64,000 nt of DNA from Octopus vulgaris (taxonomy: Eukaryota). The position numbers were made by a program, and so were the translations under genes. The notes beneath the pieces were generated by a model. That model saw only the letters and a program-made list of their open reading frames with translations. It searched no databases and was not told the DNA's origin. Positions 26,380 to 40,377 of the stretch are shown piece by piece. Position 1 is the stretch's first letter. Every line of letters starts with the position of its first letter. Location of the stretch: assembly GCA_951406725.2 (NCBI GenBank), contig OX597827.1, positions 51,646,001 to 51,710,000 of the forward strand, given 5' to 3'.

Positions 26380-27330
26380 TTCGAATGTGATCAAATAATG
26401 GAACCAAAATGTCTATGCTGTGTTTCAATATGATTATTTGTGTGAGTCTCTTTTTGGACCGTGGATCGCTCATATTATACACATTCCATGCAAAAGGATT
26501 GAATAATGATACATTATATTATTCATGACATTTATCCAAAGACGTAAACATTCTGGCAGTATCTCAATTAGCAGAATTTCTCTGACTTGAAAAACAATCT
26601 CGGAAATAAATACAAGCGCATTCTCCATGGAAGTTGAAGAAAAGATTCATCACATACGAATCGAATTATAAGTTCAAAATTCTCATTTTCTCTCCACAAT
26701 GATTGACAGAGGTGAAAGAAACACAAACGGACACTAATGTTAGTATAAAACACGATATCAGTTATGCTGTAATCCAGATTACGGTTAGAAAAAATCTCAA
26801 CAATAGTTTCTAGGACAATTATGTTATTTCTAGGTATAAACACATAGAGTAAGGGCTTGTAATTCTCTATAGACACTGTTATGAATGAATTTCAACTTCA
26901 TCTTACGGTGAAACACATCAAGACTATTGTTGAACTTTCCATCTGCAAGCCAATGGGAACTTTGACTAAGGTGCTCAAGGGACGATGGGAATATAAATAA
27001 CAGGATTCTGTTTGGATCATCAAAACGACTATCAGGAGTCATGAGTGGCCAATTCTTTGATGATCTTTGGTGGGTGGAGAGATGGCAGTTATTTCTTTAT
27101 GATGCATTAACAGGTGGAATATAAGGTAAAGTATTCAGAACTTCTGCAACAATATCGCAAAGACGTTCACCAGAAATTTGATGAGTTTTTCAGGTCCTTT
27201 TTCTAATTTGGATTCCAGAGCCGGGATGATCGCAAGAAGTTTCTTTCACAATGCTTCGTACGTTTTGCATAATTGGGTAACCAAGAAATATTCAACTTCA
27301 TCATGCCAATAGCTTTTACAATCAGTGCTT
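26380..27330 (-). pseudogene. Decayed Mutator (MULE) transposase
   Basis: DSRFDDPNRILLF...LSQSSHWLADGKF (DGTF motif), PLLYVFIP, CFFHLCQSLWR (CxxH motif), HTNNHIETQHR (TNNxxE motif), in order across frameshifts. Confidence 0.85.
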
Positions 27331-29630
27331 TTGTTTTTGTTGTAATAAATCCCCTTCTATGATAATTACGTTCCCCTCATTTCAGTGCATTCGATGTTTT
27401 GAGCCCCAATAATAAAAGTTAGCAAATAAATGCAATGATGGAAATAGTATATGTAGTGGTTCATGCAGGTATGGCGTGGATTCGATCCTTGATAGCCAAA
27501 TTTCACTTAACAGTTCAACAGCACTTTTCTCACGGTAAAACAATAATTTTCTTGTGAGTGACAACAGTTACATTTGCCAGATGCCTTCGCTAAGCAGAAT
27601 AATGTTTTTGCCACTTGACCCTTCTAACATCTTCTAAGCCACTAAAAGCTAGAATAGAGATAACAGACACCAACGAAATCTATTGTTCTCAACAATATGT
27701 CTCTCCTTCTAACTAGTTTGGATAATTATAAATACTAAAACACTTGTGGCGGCACAAGCAGTCAGCGCCTTTTTGGAAGAGATCTCGCGGCAGCCATTGC
27801 CATCTCCGAGACTGGAGCAAGACCTCACCTGCATCCATTTACCATGCGCAAGATCACAACGAGACTCGCGATGGCAAAACAGAAACAGATTAATTCTCTC
27901 TCTCCGCTTCTTCGCAGCAGCGCTTGCTGAGCACACTTCACTGGCTGGGCCTATCTGCATGTTGTACCTCCAGAAGCAATGTACTCGCACTAATGGAGAT
28001 ACAGTTTGTGACGGTTGCTGAGAGCAACGCACTTCACCTGTTCTGTGAAACTTGTAAATAAACCGGTTGTAAATTGCGTTTGTACTTAAAAACTTCTTTC
28101 TTCGCCTGCCGGAACCTGAACTACACGAAGAACAAGATATAATGGGAGAAGGCGATATTCTCCCGTTATCGTAAACCTTGCCTTCCATTATACACCGTAG
28201 GAAAAAGTTAGTCGGCAAAAAAGAGATGACGCAGAGGGGACAGTAGGCAAAATCCAGTTAGTGAGATTGTAAAAACGACCGTGCGAAGGAGAGGTGACGA
28301 AGAATGGCTCTTTTAATACACCACACGGTCGATTACAATAAATGTGAAAACGAATATGTGTGTGAGTGCTAGAAGGAAAAGAGATGACACAACCGGCAGA
28401 ATGTTAAGGGATTTTATTTAGGTATTAACATGTGTGTGTCTGTGTGTGTGTCATAAGTACATATATAATAATAACAATAATAGACAGGCCGTCATGTATA
28501 CAAAGTGTATGTGTGTGCATTAAATACAGAGCATAGAAAGAGTCTATAATAGGACGCTAGAAGAATGTTCAGACACAAGGATGAATAAATACCAGTTCGT
28601 AGTAAGGTACACAATAGTTGAAGTGCTATAAAAAGAAGTTGTGGCGAAGAAGCATGTGCGAGAAGTTGTGACTACTATGCTGTTGTCGGTCACTTGATAC
28701 AGAAAGTTCTCGCAGGTTGTACTTGCTGTTAACCATAGTGAAGTAATTCACGAACAGTGTTGAGATAAAACCTGGGTGTACGTAGAGATTTGTTGTTGAC
28801 ATTAAGACGGAGGTCCTGTATGCTACTGGACGAAGTGTTGATGTTTCCCCATGTGGTTGCTGGTGTTGTCGGTGGAACTGGCTATGTGCTCTGTGATCAG
28901 TGGTTAGACATTAGAAGGTCTAGAACCAAAGATGAAATACAGTGTTGGCTTTTTTATACCATTCTATCGGCGCAACTGATGTTTAGAAAAGACTGTCTCA
29001 CGCGACCTTATCAGAAGGCTGTGATAGGTTGGGTTGCACAGTGGCGCGTAACAGAACAAGAAACAAACTGCGCCAATACCAACCAATCAGAGTAGTGGGT
29101 CCAAGCGGCCGAAGGCTAGCTGTTACCTTCTACGTCCGTACGTATGTATATATATATAACAGAGAGAGAGAGAGAGAGTTCGCTACAAGATAATTCAACT
29201 GAGAGGCGGCTTACAGTGAGAATGTCAACTATGATACAGTGTCTTATCACAACACCACGACTGTTTAAATATCAGGCACAATGGAGATATCATTTTATCG
29301 ACTTCCTACACTTAACATTCACTCTATCTTCCTCTAATTCCTAGTTAGGCAGCTAGCAGTTTGACCAAACATAAACAGCAACAACATACAAGAAAAGATA
29401 ACTAATGTTTTTATATGACACACATACCTGCCCGTCGTGGTATGGCATATATTAAAGTAACGGTAAATAAATATTTCTTTACAACTTCAATTACGGCTCT
29501 TCTTCCATCTTGCACACTAGCAACCAACACCTTAACAACACACCGTTACAACTGGTGACCCTCGACTGCAACGAAAAACTAACCGTTACATATGCATGTA
29601 TATAACCATAAGTGGGTCATTTTAATTATC

Positions 29631-30414
29631 GGATCTTTTCCTTTTGAACGGCAGACAATTTCTAGTTAACTAAACACTTTAAAACTTCGTATACTGGTAG
29701 AATGTGTCAAAATAAAACATTTTTTTCTTTTGGCTTTCTTGAGAAAACTGTAATTTGTTTGTTTAACGTAGTTTAATTTTCGAATTTTAACCAATTCTAT
29801 GCTCTCTTTTGAGCTAAAATCATTTGCTGCGTCTAAAACTGAGACAACATTCTGTCACTACCCCTCAACCTAACCCTAACCCCAATTTTTTTTCTTAATT
29901 GTTAAATTAATTTAATAGTTACGCGTGTAAAAAAAACCCCAAAGCAATGGAAAATGAATTAAACAATTAACAAACAAAATAATTCTATAATTTTATACAC
30001 ACGCTTTCCGTATACGTACGGAAAGCGTGTGCATAAAATTATAGAATTATTTTGTTTGTTGATTGTTTAATTCATTTTCCATTGCTTTCGGTTTTTTTTA
30101 CACGCGTAACAATTAAATTAATTTAACAATTAAGAAAAAAAATTGGGGTTAGGGGGAGGTTTAGGGTTAGTTACAGGATGTTGTCTCATTTTTAGACGCA
30201 GCAAATGATTTTAGTTGAATGGAGGTAATCGATTGGTTAAAATTGCCGAAATGCTCGGATTTTCAGACGAAATATCTTACAAACTATAGAATTTTCTCAA
30301 TAAAGCCAAGAAAAAATGATGTTTTATAAACACATTCTACCAGTATACGAAGTTTAAAAGTGTTTAGTTAACTAGAAATTGTGTTGACATCTGCCGTTCA
30401 TAAGGAAAAGATCC
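29631..30414. mobile_element. Complete palindromic GGATCTTTTC foldback element with 8-bp TSD
   Basis: TSD taattatc at 29623-29630 and 30415-30422; TIR ggatcttttccttttgaacggcag; centre cacacgctttccgta...tacggaaagcgtgtg. Confidence 0.9.
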
Positions 30415-31879
30415 TAATTATCTTCTGTTGCAGAAAATCGTCGTTGTCAAAGGCAAATCGTAAAAATTGACTTCCTTGGACTGGTTAGTTTCGCACGTTT
30501 TATAACTATTTAAATCAATGAAAACCACGACTTTTATCACGTTGTCAAATTCTGAACGATAAAATTAGATCGCCACAGCTTGTTTACATCCAAACATCAC
30601 ATGTCTATTTCTGGCCAATTGGAGATTAGCCACTTTTGACGCAATTTCCATTTGGTGCTTTCTATTAAAGAATGCAGCCATCGTTTGAAGCCTATTTTAG
30701 TCAATAAACTGAAACGGCATTTGTTTTGTTTCCTGAGTAGTTTCATTGTCCGGTTAAATCCGTGTTTGGCAGAAAGACACTCTCACTACTTGTTTGCTTG
30801 TCTGTTTATTACAAACTCTTGTCTTTAAGTATGCTATTATTGACATTATCAATATTTTCATTGAATATATTTTGAATAACTCATTTTTTTTTTTTTTTTT
30901 TACAATTTAAAAAATTTATTTCTTTGAAAAATATCATAATTTCACTGAAATTGTATCTATTCTTCGATTAGTTTGTTTTCGATCAATTTGTCTTTTGGCC
31001 AAGCTGTTTTCGACCAAGGGACGAAACAAATTATTTCTCGAATTTTTAGACAGGAATCGAAATCCTAGCCTAGATTTTTCTGCCAGATCCTTTCCATTGT
31101 TGTCGGCATTAGTATTTGGAAATTTATGAGGTTCAACCGTCAAAATTAAATAAGTTCTACTGTTTAAGTCAACATTCTTGTGTTCCATACGGGTTGACAT
31201 AGATAAACAAATTTACTTCCCATTGTTCTCCGACTTACATCCAGTTTTCCAATATGCATGAATACAAATTCTTTCGTAATATTAGGGGACAGTCATTTTC
31301 ACTTTCAGACGCTGCACGTCTCTTTATTTCTAGCAAACAATCTCTTCTTAAAATTCGCAACACACGCAGTTATTGCCAAATGTGCTTGATCCTCATCATA
31401 GTTATTATTCCCTTACCACTGTAAAACAACCGACTACCTCAGTCTTTTGTATACTGACCGTAACAGGAGAATAAAATTTGTAAGAAATAACTTTCCTCTT
31501 GATTTGATCATGCATATTACACTATCTCAAGAAGATCAAATGATTTAATAGTAATATAATCAAACACAAATGTTCCAAAAGACTAAAACAAAGACGTACA
31601 CACGTAACACATTTACGCACGCACATACATATACACACATACGTAAAACACACACATTCGCACACACACACACATACACACGCACACGCACACACTCATG
31701 CGCGCACGCGCGCATACACACACACACACACACATACACACACATACACACACACACACAGAGACTCGAAACACAGACGAGCAGAGTTTAAAGAATTTAT
31801 TCATAAATTTACAAGTTTGTATCAATTAGAGATATAATACAACAGAGACTGCGGCCATACTGGGACACCGCCTTGAATT

Positions 31880-32141
31880 TGTGAGTTTGTGTGTGTCTTT
31901 GTGTCTGAGTTTGTTCCCTCACCACCACTTGACAACCGGTGTTGGTGTGTTTGTGTCCCGTAACTTAGCAGTTCGGCAAAAGAGAATGAATCGATCCCAG
32001 TATTTTTCTTTTAAGCCTGGTACTTATTCTACCGGTCCCTTTTGCCGAACTGCTAAGTTACGGGACACAAACACACCAACACCGGTTGTCAAGTGGTGGT
32101 GAGGGAACAAACTCAGACACATACTCACACACACACACATA

Positions 32142-32199
<58 letters not shown>

Positions 32200-32340
32200 G
32201 ATTTTTCAATTGCGTCTACCAAATCCACTCACAAGGTTTTGGTCGGCCCGAGGCTGCTGTAATGGCACTTGCCCAAGGTGTCATGCAGTGGGACTGAACC
32301 TGGAGCCATGTGGTTTGGAATCAACTTCTCATCATACAGC
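31880..32340. mobile_element. Two oppositely oriented SINE B pieces
   Basis: 31880-31982 (+) mirrors 32040-32125 (-); the minus-strand SINE head lies at ~32200-32340. Confidence 0.75.
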
Positions 32341-32857
32341 AACATCAGCGTTCCAGGATAGATGGTGCTCACCAGTCGTAGTGAAGACAATCTATCTGGA
32401 AGAAGGAAATCTCAGAAATAAAAACCGTTCAATCGAGGGTACGCAACCAGCTGATTCTGCGAGCGTACTGGCTTGCTTCAGTAGGTTCCGTTGAACCTTG
32501 TGGTGTGCAACCAGTTGAAGCGCTTGGTGCTGCCTTGTTGGTCTTTTCCATTTTTTCTTTCTTTCTTCCCCACGAATGGTTTCAATACAGTTTTAGCAGA
32601 AAGATTTGGAAGAAAGTTCTCCGGTAATTTTCTTTTGTGTAAATAAATGTTATGTTAATTTAAGAATTTGCCAACAAAGTCTTATAAAATGACAATGTTC
32701 TAAAAAATGTACATGTTTATTTGTTATAAATGAAAATCTGTATCTATAAAAGGCATGATATGTGTGTGTGTGTACGTGATTGTAATTTATGCACGTCTAC
32801 AAATTAGCACGCGTGTCGCTCCAATTTCAGGAGGACATTCGTCAAAATCCTACCTGG

Positions 32858-33852
32858 GTTTTGTCAACTTATTTTTTCTCGAGGTACCCGCGGATAGCGG
32901 TAAAAATCTATTTTCAGCCATAGCTTTTACCAATTTTGAAGGTTGTTAACATGAGTTAAGTCCCTTCTAGCCATAGACAAGCGAAAGTGTGTGTGGGAGG
33001 AAGAAAGAGAAGTTGTGTGTTGATGTGTGTGTGAGGGAGAGAGAGTGTTTCGCAACGTCTAACAAAAATAGTAAAGAAAAAGTATGTGTAAGGAAGAGTG
33101 GGAAATAGTTTGACAGCGTCTAACAAAAAAAAAAAGAAAACAAGATAAAGAAAAGTGGAAGAGAGGCAGAGGATTTGACAGCGTCTAACAAAAAAAAAAA
33201 GGTAAAGACAAAGTGAGAAACAGAGAGAGGGGGGAGAGTAAATGTCAGCGTTCATAAAAAATAAAATGTAAAATGTTTTGTTTTTTCTTAAACACGAGAT
33301 ATAGTGTTCAAATTTTGGATGTTTTTGAAAGACACTATATTTTATAATCAGAGTATATATACTTTCTCACACAACAATTACAATATATTTATTTAAAATC
33401 ATTTATTTATTTTAAATCGTTCATCTTTCTCCCCCCTCTCTCTTACACACACACATTACTTTGGGTGCGAAAGAGTTTTGTTTTTATTTTACGCCGAGTA
33501 AAAAAAGTGTTTTGTTGACAATCCATTTATTTAAGAACAAAGAAACAAAGAGGTAGGTAACAGTTTGTCAGTGAATTACACAATATAAATGGGTACGATT
33601 TCCGAGGCTTCCACCACACCCCACTCCGTTTTACGGACCACAAAAAGGGTTTTGTAACATATTAGGAGGCCAGAGTAGTTGATTCCATGCAAAAAAGAAA
33701 ACGATTTTTTTTTCTTAGTGAAAATCGTGCGAGTGTTAATCTACAAATTTACCAACATTTTTTCCATTCATTTCTGTTTATGAACATGTATACTTGCACA
33801 AAACATACAATAGGTGTACGTACGTGTGTGCATGTGTGTTCGTGTGTGTTGC

Positions 33853-33908
<56 letters not shown>

Positions 33909-34282
33909 CTGAAGTTGTTTGTGTATGGTAGGTTTGATAGCCTTCAACTAACACTATCTCCTCCGAGACTCTGCGACGCAAGTTGACCAAAATTCAGAGT
34001 ATGATAGAAGGCTTGCTCTTCCTTCCGTAGAAGAAAAAATTCAAATCGGACCATGTTAACACCAAAAATTATTTACATCAAAAAGGTGCTTTTTTTCTAT
34101 GAAAATCCCTATTTTTTTACGACTTTTTTTACTGCTGTGTCGCCATTTTTCGGTGTATTTCAACCAGAAAAATGTTTACTTAAAGAGAATAACAAGCTAC
34201 ATAATGCAAACTTTTTACTTTTCAAAAATTCCAATTCTAAAGGGTCGAAACAAAGCCGGGCAACGGCGGGCGATACTTCTAG
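32858..34282 (+). mobile_element. Non-autonomous Helitron-like element (possibly composite)
   Basis: 3' GC-rich hairpin gccgggcaacggcgggc then CTAG|T at 34279-34283; the 5' part is shared with 60500-60620. Confidence 0.55.
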
Positions 34283-34955
34283 TAAACAATAAATATCGTT
34301 GACAACTTCATGTGAACAACGTCCTGTTTCAAGGACGTGCAAAATATGTCATCTTATACTTGGAAAACGAAACAAGGACTGTTACCAGGAAGGGCAAGCA
34401 GGGAAAATGGACTAAAATGTAAGAAAAAAAAATGTATGTATATATGCGTGCGCGCGCGCGCGCGTGTGTAACTACATGACTGGGATGAGAGAGAAGTCGA
34501 AAGTGACGATGAAGTTTGAATGATAATGACGCATCGTAGAAATGAATGAATGTAGAACAATTAATGAAGAACTATTATAACGGGTCTGACTTCTCTTCAT
34601 GTCTCTTAAATATTCTGATAGTTGTTCTGCTTACATTACATTCTTTTACACTTTAGTAATTAAAAAAAAAATTTGATAATGTTTTATTTCCAAAGAAATT
34701 GACTCTCTTGAAATTCGAACCTCTATTATTCAATCACAAAAATATTCCACAAAATATATTTGAAAAATTCAAGTGTTACTTTAGAATGTGGTGTAAGGCA
34801 CTAATCGAAGAAGAAGAAAAATGAAAGTAAAAAAAAAAAAAATTGATACAGAGATTTCGAAGGTGTATTTCAGAATACATAAAGTAAAAAGAAAAAAAAT
34901 TCAACCAAAACTGTTCTGAAGTAAACTCGTGCAAAATTAGTATCGTGTAAAGCAA

Positions 34956-35102
34956 TCCATTCATCCATCCGTCCGTCCGTCCGTCCGTCCATCCATCCAT
35001 TCATCCGTCCGTCCGTCCGTCCGTCCACCCACCTACCCATCCGTCCGTCCGTCCGTCCGTCCGTCCATCCATCCATCCATCCATCCATCCATCCATCCAT
35101 CC
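34956..35102. repeat. (ATCC)n/(GTCC)n microsatellite
   Basis: Read directly. Confidence 0.95.
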
Positions 35103-35435
35103 GGTTAAATTGTACCAACATTTCAAACATAGCAATTGATACTAATATGTAATGCTTATGTATCTAAGGTAATAAAGATTTTCCATATTGGTTATTTCAA
35201 GACATTCTTTATTCATAACAAATTTTCTAGGATATCATTTTCATTAAAAAAAAATTCTATTTTGCTTTGATGTATATCGCTTTAACAGTGGAAATGAATT
35301 ATTTCCTCTGAAAGATATAACGAAATTTCAAGCACTATTGTGAAAGATATTTAAATAACTAAATAGCAAAAAAAAAAAAAAGAAAGAAAAAAAAGACATT
35401 TATAATACAGAGTAAAGTATATTGGAAAACAAATA

Positions 35436-37792
35436 CAGTGATAACTCGTAGTACGAGTTTAATTCGTTCAGTGATCGAGCTCGTCTTACGATTTACACGT
35501 TTTAAAAATCAATTTTCCCAATTGAAATTAACTAGAATATAATTAATCCGTTTCAGCCACCCCTCACCCCCCAAACCACTCGAAAATAATTTTTTATGGG
35601 TTTTAAAACAGAAAAGGTGTAGTTACAAGTAAAATGACAATTATAAAAAGAAATGCAAAAGAGATGTAAACTAACTTTATTAACTGAATTGCCTTAAAGA
35701 TGCGGCGAATTGTGCGCGAGGAAGACGATGGAACGGGGAGGATGATTACTGTTTGGAAGGAGATTCTCTTTCTATTAAGACTTCAGGAAGAACAATTTCT
35801 GGTGTTTTCTCTCTTACTTCGCTTAATTTAGGCTTTTTTGGACACACTTTCTTCACTTGCAGGCCGTTTCATTAGAAACATATCAAGAGAAGTCTGCTTT
35901 TTCCTGCCTTTCAAAATGTTGCGCAAATGCATCATATCAGAGTCATTAAATTAAGCAGCTGCACGACCTGTAGCTACTTTTTCAGGATGATGATTATCTA
36001 CAAATTCAGAAACATTACTGTCACTTTGCCAACTCTGCCTTTATGTCAATTGTAGAGATAGCATTCTCTGTTACACTGTCCTCTTCTAGGGAACCAATCT
36101 CTTCCACTGCATCCAAATGCTGCTGCTCCTGAAGCTGCAGGAGTTCATCTGTCATCAGCTCCTCTGAGTGTTCCTCGACGAGATCGTTAATATCCCCATC
36201 ATCAAACTCGATGCCCATGGACTTGCCAAGAGATACTATCTCCTCGACTACAGGTGTCTCAAACTCAAACTCCCTCGAAGTCTTTTTTGGATACGCAGTA
36301 AGGTCACAGTTTCTTCCATGCAGAATTCAGCGTTCTCCTTGTTCCATCCTGCCAGGCCATATTGATGATTTTCAGGCAGTTTACAATGTTGTAGTGCTCC
36401 TTCCGAAACTCACGAAGGGTTAGATTTGTATTTTTGGTGACTTCAAAGAACCGATGAAACAGGTATTTGGTGTACAATTTCTTAACATTTGAAATCACCA
36501 GTTGGCCTACGGGCTGCAAGAAAGGGGTGGTGGTGGTGTTGTGAGAAAGGTATAGAACCTTTATAAATTTAAATTCGTCCAGGATGACATCTCCAAAGTT
36601 AGGAGGGTGAGCAGGAGCATTGTCGAGGATGAGTAGGGCCTTGAGAGGAAGATTGTTTTCCAGAAGGTACTATTTCACTACTGGTCCGATGATAGGGTCG
36701 ACCCGTTCAGAGAAGAATTGTCTGGTGACCCAGGCTTTAACGTTTGTCCTCCACATGACTAGCAGCTTCTCCTTCATGATTTTGTGCATCGTGAACGCTC
36801 GTGGGTTTTAGGAATGGCTTAATCTTCAAGTCTCCACTCGCATTAGCTCAAAGGGCGAAAGTTAACCTCTCTTTCATAGGCTTGTGACTTGGCATTTTCT
36901 TCCCTTCTGCAGTTATGTAGGTTCTTTCTTAAAAAAAAAAGGCCAGTTTCATCACAGTTGAATACCTGTTGTGCGATGTACCCCACGGCTGCGATGAGGA
37001 GACGGAATTCACGCTCGAAATCTGCAGCTGCTTTTCCATACCTGACAACACTATGAACACCAGTCCTCTTCTTGAAATTGTCAAACCAGCCCACTTCCCT
37101 GGCCTTAAATGCGTCGATGTTTCAGGGTTCTGCTTCAGTAGATCCCCATATAGCGCTCGTGCTTTCTCACAGATGATGATCTCCTTAATCGCATCCCCTG
37201 CGAGTTGCTTCTCGTTGATCCACAGGAGAAGCAATTTTTCTATCTTTTCGTGGACAGATGTGGATTGCTTAGAGAGCCAGGAGACACTCCTTGCTGTTGT
37301 AACGTCCTTGACCTCGTCCTTTTTCTTCAGGATGGTGCACATCGTCTACGTGCTTCGGTCGTATTTACGTGCTATGTCCACTACATGCACTCCTCTCTCA
37401 TGTTTATCAATTATTTCCTTCTTCAATTCTATCGCAATCAGTTTTTTCTTCTTCTCAGCACTATCCTTCGCACTAACCTTTTTAGGACCCATGGCTAACA
37501 CAACTAATTATTATAAGATGATAGCCAAAAATGCACAAAACCAGACAAAAATACTGGGAAAAGCATAACAGGTGCTTCCACAACGAGATAAACACGTGAA
37601 CTGAGCGAGCGAGCGGAGACTGCGCCTGTTAGGAGTGCGTACGCGAGCCCAGTGCCGACTAGCGGTCGCTTGTACGAAACTCGATCCAACTGCAGATTTC
37701 CGCTCGTACTTCAAGACAAAGATTCGCACGGATCTCGGCTCGTATAGAAAATTACTCGTACAATGGTTCACTCGTACTGCGAGGTTCTACTG
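35436..37792 (-). mobile_element. Full-length but decayed Tigger/pogo DNA transposon
   Basis: TA-flanked TIRs cagtgataactcgtagtacgag / cagtagaacctcgcagtacgag; ORF from ATG 37492 MGPKKVSAK..., CENP-B-like HTH, GWFDNFKKR, QVFNCDETGLF, LQPVGQ; frameshifts and stops. Confidence 0.93.
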
Positions 37793-39486
37793 TACCTCAA
37801 AATAAAATTTTAAAAAAAGGAGTCGAAAAGAAGGAAAATAACAAAATTTGAAGAATAACGCATATGTTCACGTTAAATGTACGTATGCATGCGTGTATGT
37901 ATGTGTGTATGCGTGCGCTTCTGACCCATGTAAACATTTTGAAGATATGCTACGATCACATCATTTAGATTTCTCTTTGTAACACATTCAGTTAGCTACC
38001 ATTTGTAATTGGAAGCTTGTTATTTTAATTTCCAGATGTAGTCAGTTAATTTCATTGTACTTCTCTTCCAAAATATAGTTGTTAAATTTTATTTGAACTT
38101 TATTCAGTCATAGCTATGTGTTATTTATATGCCATGTAAAGGTTTGACTTTATGGAACTAACCTCTGCTTTGCAAATGATGGCTTCTCCATTGCAAAATA
38201 TTTAGTGGGTATGAATTGGTGTTCGTGTCTGAGCATATTGCAAGAGTATTTTTTTTTTTGAAGAGATATATCCGATAATATGCTTTACATGTGGTACAGC
38301 CATAGCTTAATGTAAGTTTGCCTGTTGAATATTTTTCTGGACTTAAACTTAATTGAAATGTGCTTATAAAGGTTAGAAAAGTTTCATGATATTATTTTTA
38401 ATAAAGTGAAACGGAGTGTGTGAACCATATGAAATTCCAGGATCTTTTCTAAAATGGGCAGAGTTAGGAGAGGATAATTTTGTTCTTGAATCTTAAAATT
38501 AGTTAAACACTATTGTAGTATGAAGTTAAAAACTAGGGTTTCCTGGCATGTATTATGGTATTGATGTAATTATTTTCTGTTATAATTCTCAACAGTTGAC
38601 AATGCTATACATAACGAATGACTGTATCCGTCCTCTGTTCTCTTGTCTGCTGTTTTTCATCTAGCATGTGTCTGCTGTTCTTAGAATAGTCCCTTTTTTA
38701 AAAAATATAACTCAAGAAAAACTCTGATTGGAGAACTGTGATGACGTCATCACTCGAAAATCTGGCAATTGCTTACTGACAATTTTGCATGTTAGATTTG
38801 TGCTGACATCATCACTCAATGTGTCAAAATTTTAGTTATTATTATCAGTGAATTTCCTGGTAATATAAACAAGTCCCGGATTCAAATCAAAGTGCAAATT
38901 GCTACAGCAGTTACATTTCAAAACATCTAAAAATTGGCTCAGTCAATCTTGTTCTGCTTATGACGTGACTTGTTTTCAATAACATTCTCAACCAATTGAT
39001 AATCATCCACTTGTAATGCAATTTGATTTTGGTGCATTCTCTCCTAGGAATGCTACTTCCTTCTGGATCCTACTTGTGATTTAAACGGACGTAGTTCACT
39101 AAATGGCGGACTCGCTTTCCTTGCTGAAATTCACATCAATCAGCGGGACACTTCACAATTTCTGTTTGCTTACTTATTAAATATTCTTTATGATAAATAT
39201 TTTTCCAGCTTGTTTCATGTAATAGTTTCCGTTACATGCATTTTGTTAATAATGAGCTATCTTTTGATACCACGAACGATTTTGTTTTCTGACCTGGAAA
39301 CTGCGCGAGAACTTTAATTTAAGGGAAATGTAAATAAGCATCTATTTTTATGTTGGAATCAGTTTTTATATAATGCATGGAAGAAGAATAATTTTACAAA
39401 GTCAACAAGTATCGAAAACTAAGTTTTTTCTCTTTTACTTGATACCGGGAAAAACTGTTATGTCGAAGCCTCAAAGAATGAAACAT

Positions 39487-39519
39487 ATACATACATACAT
39501 ACATACATACATACATACA

Positions 39520-39553
<34 letters not shown>

Positions 39554-39690
39554 CATACCTACATACATACATACATACATACATACATACATACATGCAT
39601 ACATACATACACGCATGCGCGCGAGTGTAATATATATATGTACACTCACACACACACACACACACACAAACACACACAAACATACACACT
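39487..39690. repeat. (CATA)n and (CA)n microsatellites
   Basis: Read directly. Confidence 0.9.
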
Positions 39691-39692
39691 AA

Positions 39693-39870
39693 CTAGCTGA
39701 GTATCCCGTCGTTGCCCAGTAATTTTTGCAATGAAATGCCTTGGCGGACATTCGGAATAGCACATCCATACACGTGGGATTTTCTCCGTTTTGATGGGGA
39801 TGGGGGTGTTTCAATTTTGTTTTTCCACGTCCTTACAAATGATAGGGGGAAGTATTTTGTTTAAAAAAAA
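39693..39870 (-). mobile_element. Helitron-like 3' terminus fragment
   Basis: Minus strand gggcaacgacgggatactcagCTAG|T, the same terminal pattern as 34282 and 60884. Confidence 0.55.
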
Positions 39871-39903
39871 ACAAAACAAAACAAAAAAAAAAAACTGGAA
39901 AAT

Positions 39904-40285
39904 AGGCGCTGGTGTGACTGTGTGATAAGAAGCCTGCTTCCTAACTACATGGTTCCGGGCACCTTGGGCAAATGTTTCCTACTATAACCTCGAACCAACA
40001 AAAGCCTTGTGAGTGGATTTGATAGACAAAAACTGAAAGAAGCCGGTTGTATATATGTGTATGTGTGTTTGTGTCTGTATTTGTCCCCCCAACCACTGCT
40101 TGACAAATGGTGTTGGTGTGTTTACATCCCCGTAACTTAGCGGCTCGGCAAAAAGTGACCAATTGAATAAGTACCAGGCTTAACAAAAAAATTGAGAACT
40201 AAGGTCGATTCATTCGACTAAAAATTCTCTGAGGTAGTGCTCCAGCATGGCCGCAATGCTATGACTGAAACAAGTAAAAGATAAA
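39904..40285 (+). mobile_element. SINE family B, diverged
   Basis: aggcgctggtgtgactgtgtgataag head through gactgaaacaagtaaaag tail. Confidence 0.8.
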
Positions 40286-40377
40286 CTCTATGAATCTCCC
40301 CTTCCGCACTTCCGTATACCTGGTCAAAATGTTACCGACGAGCTTTTGCGCTGATCACTGGACTTGGTAATATTTCA

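Noticed and set aside
36969-37568. 199-aa plus-strand ORF
   Set aside because: Antisense shadow of the Tigger transposase
38738-38753. Palindrome gtgatgacgtcatcac (CRE-like site)
   Set aside because: A single short motif with no promoter evidence
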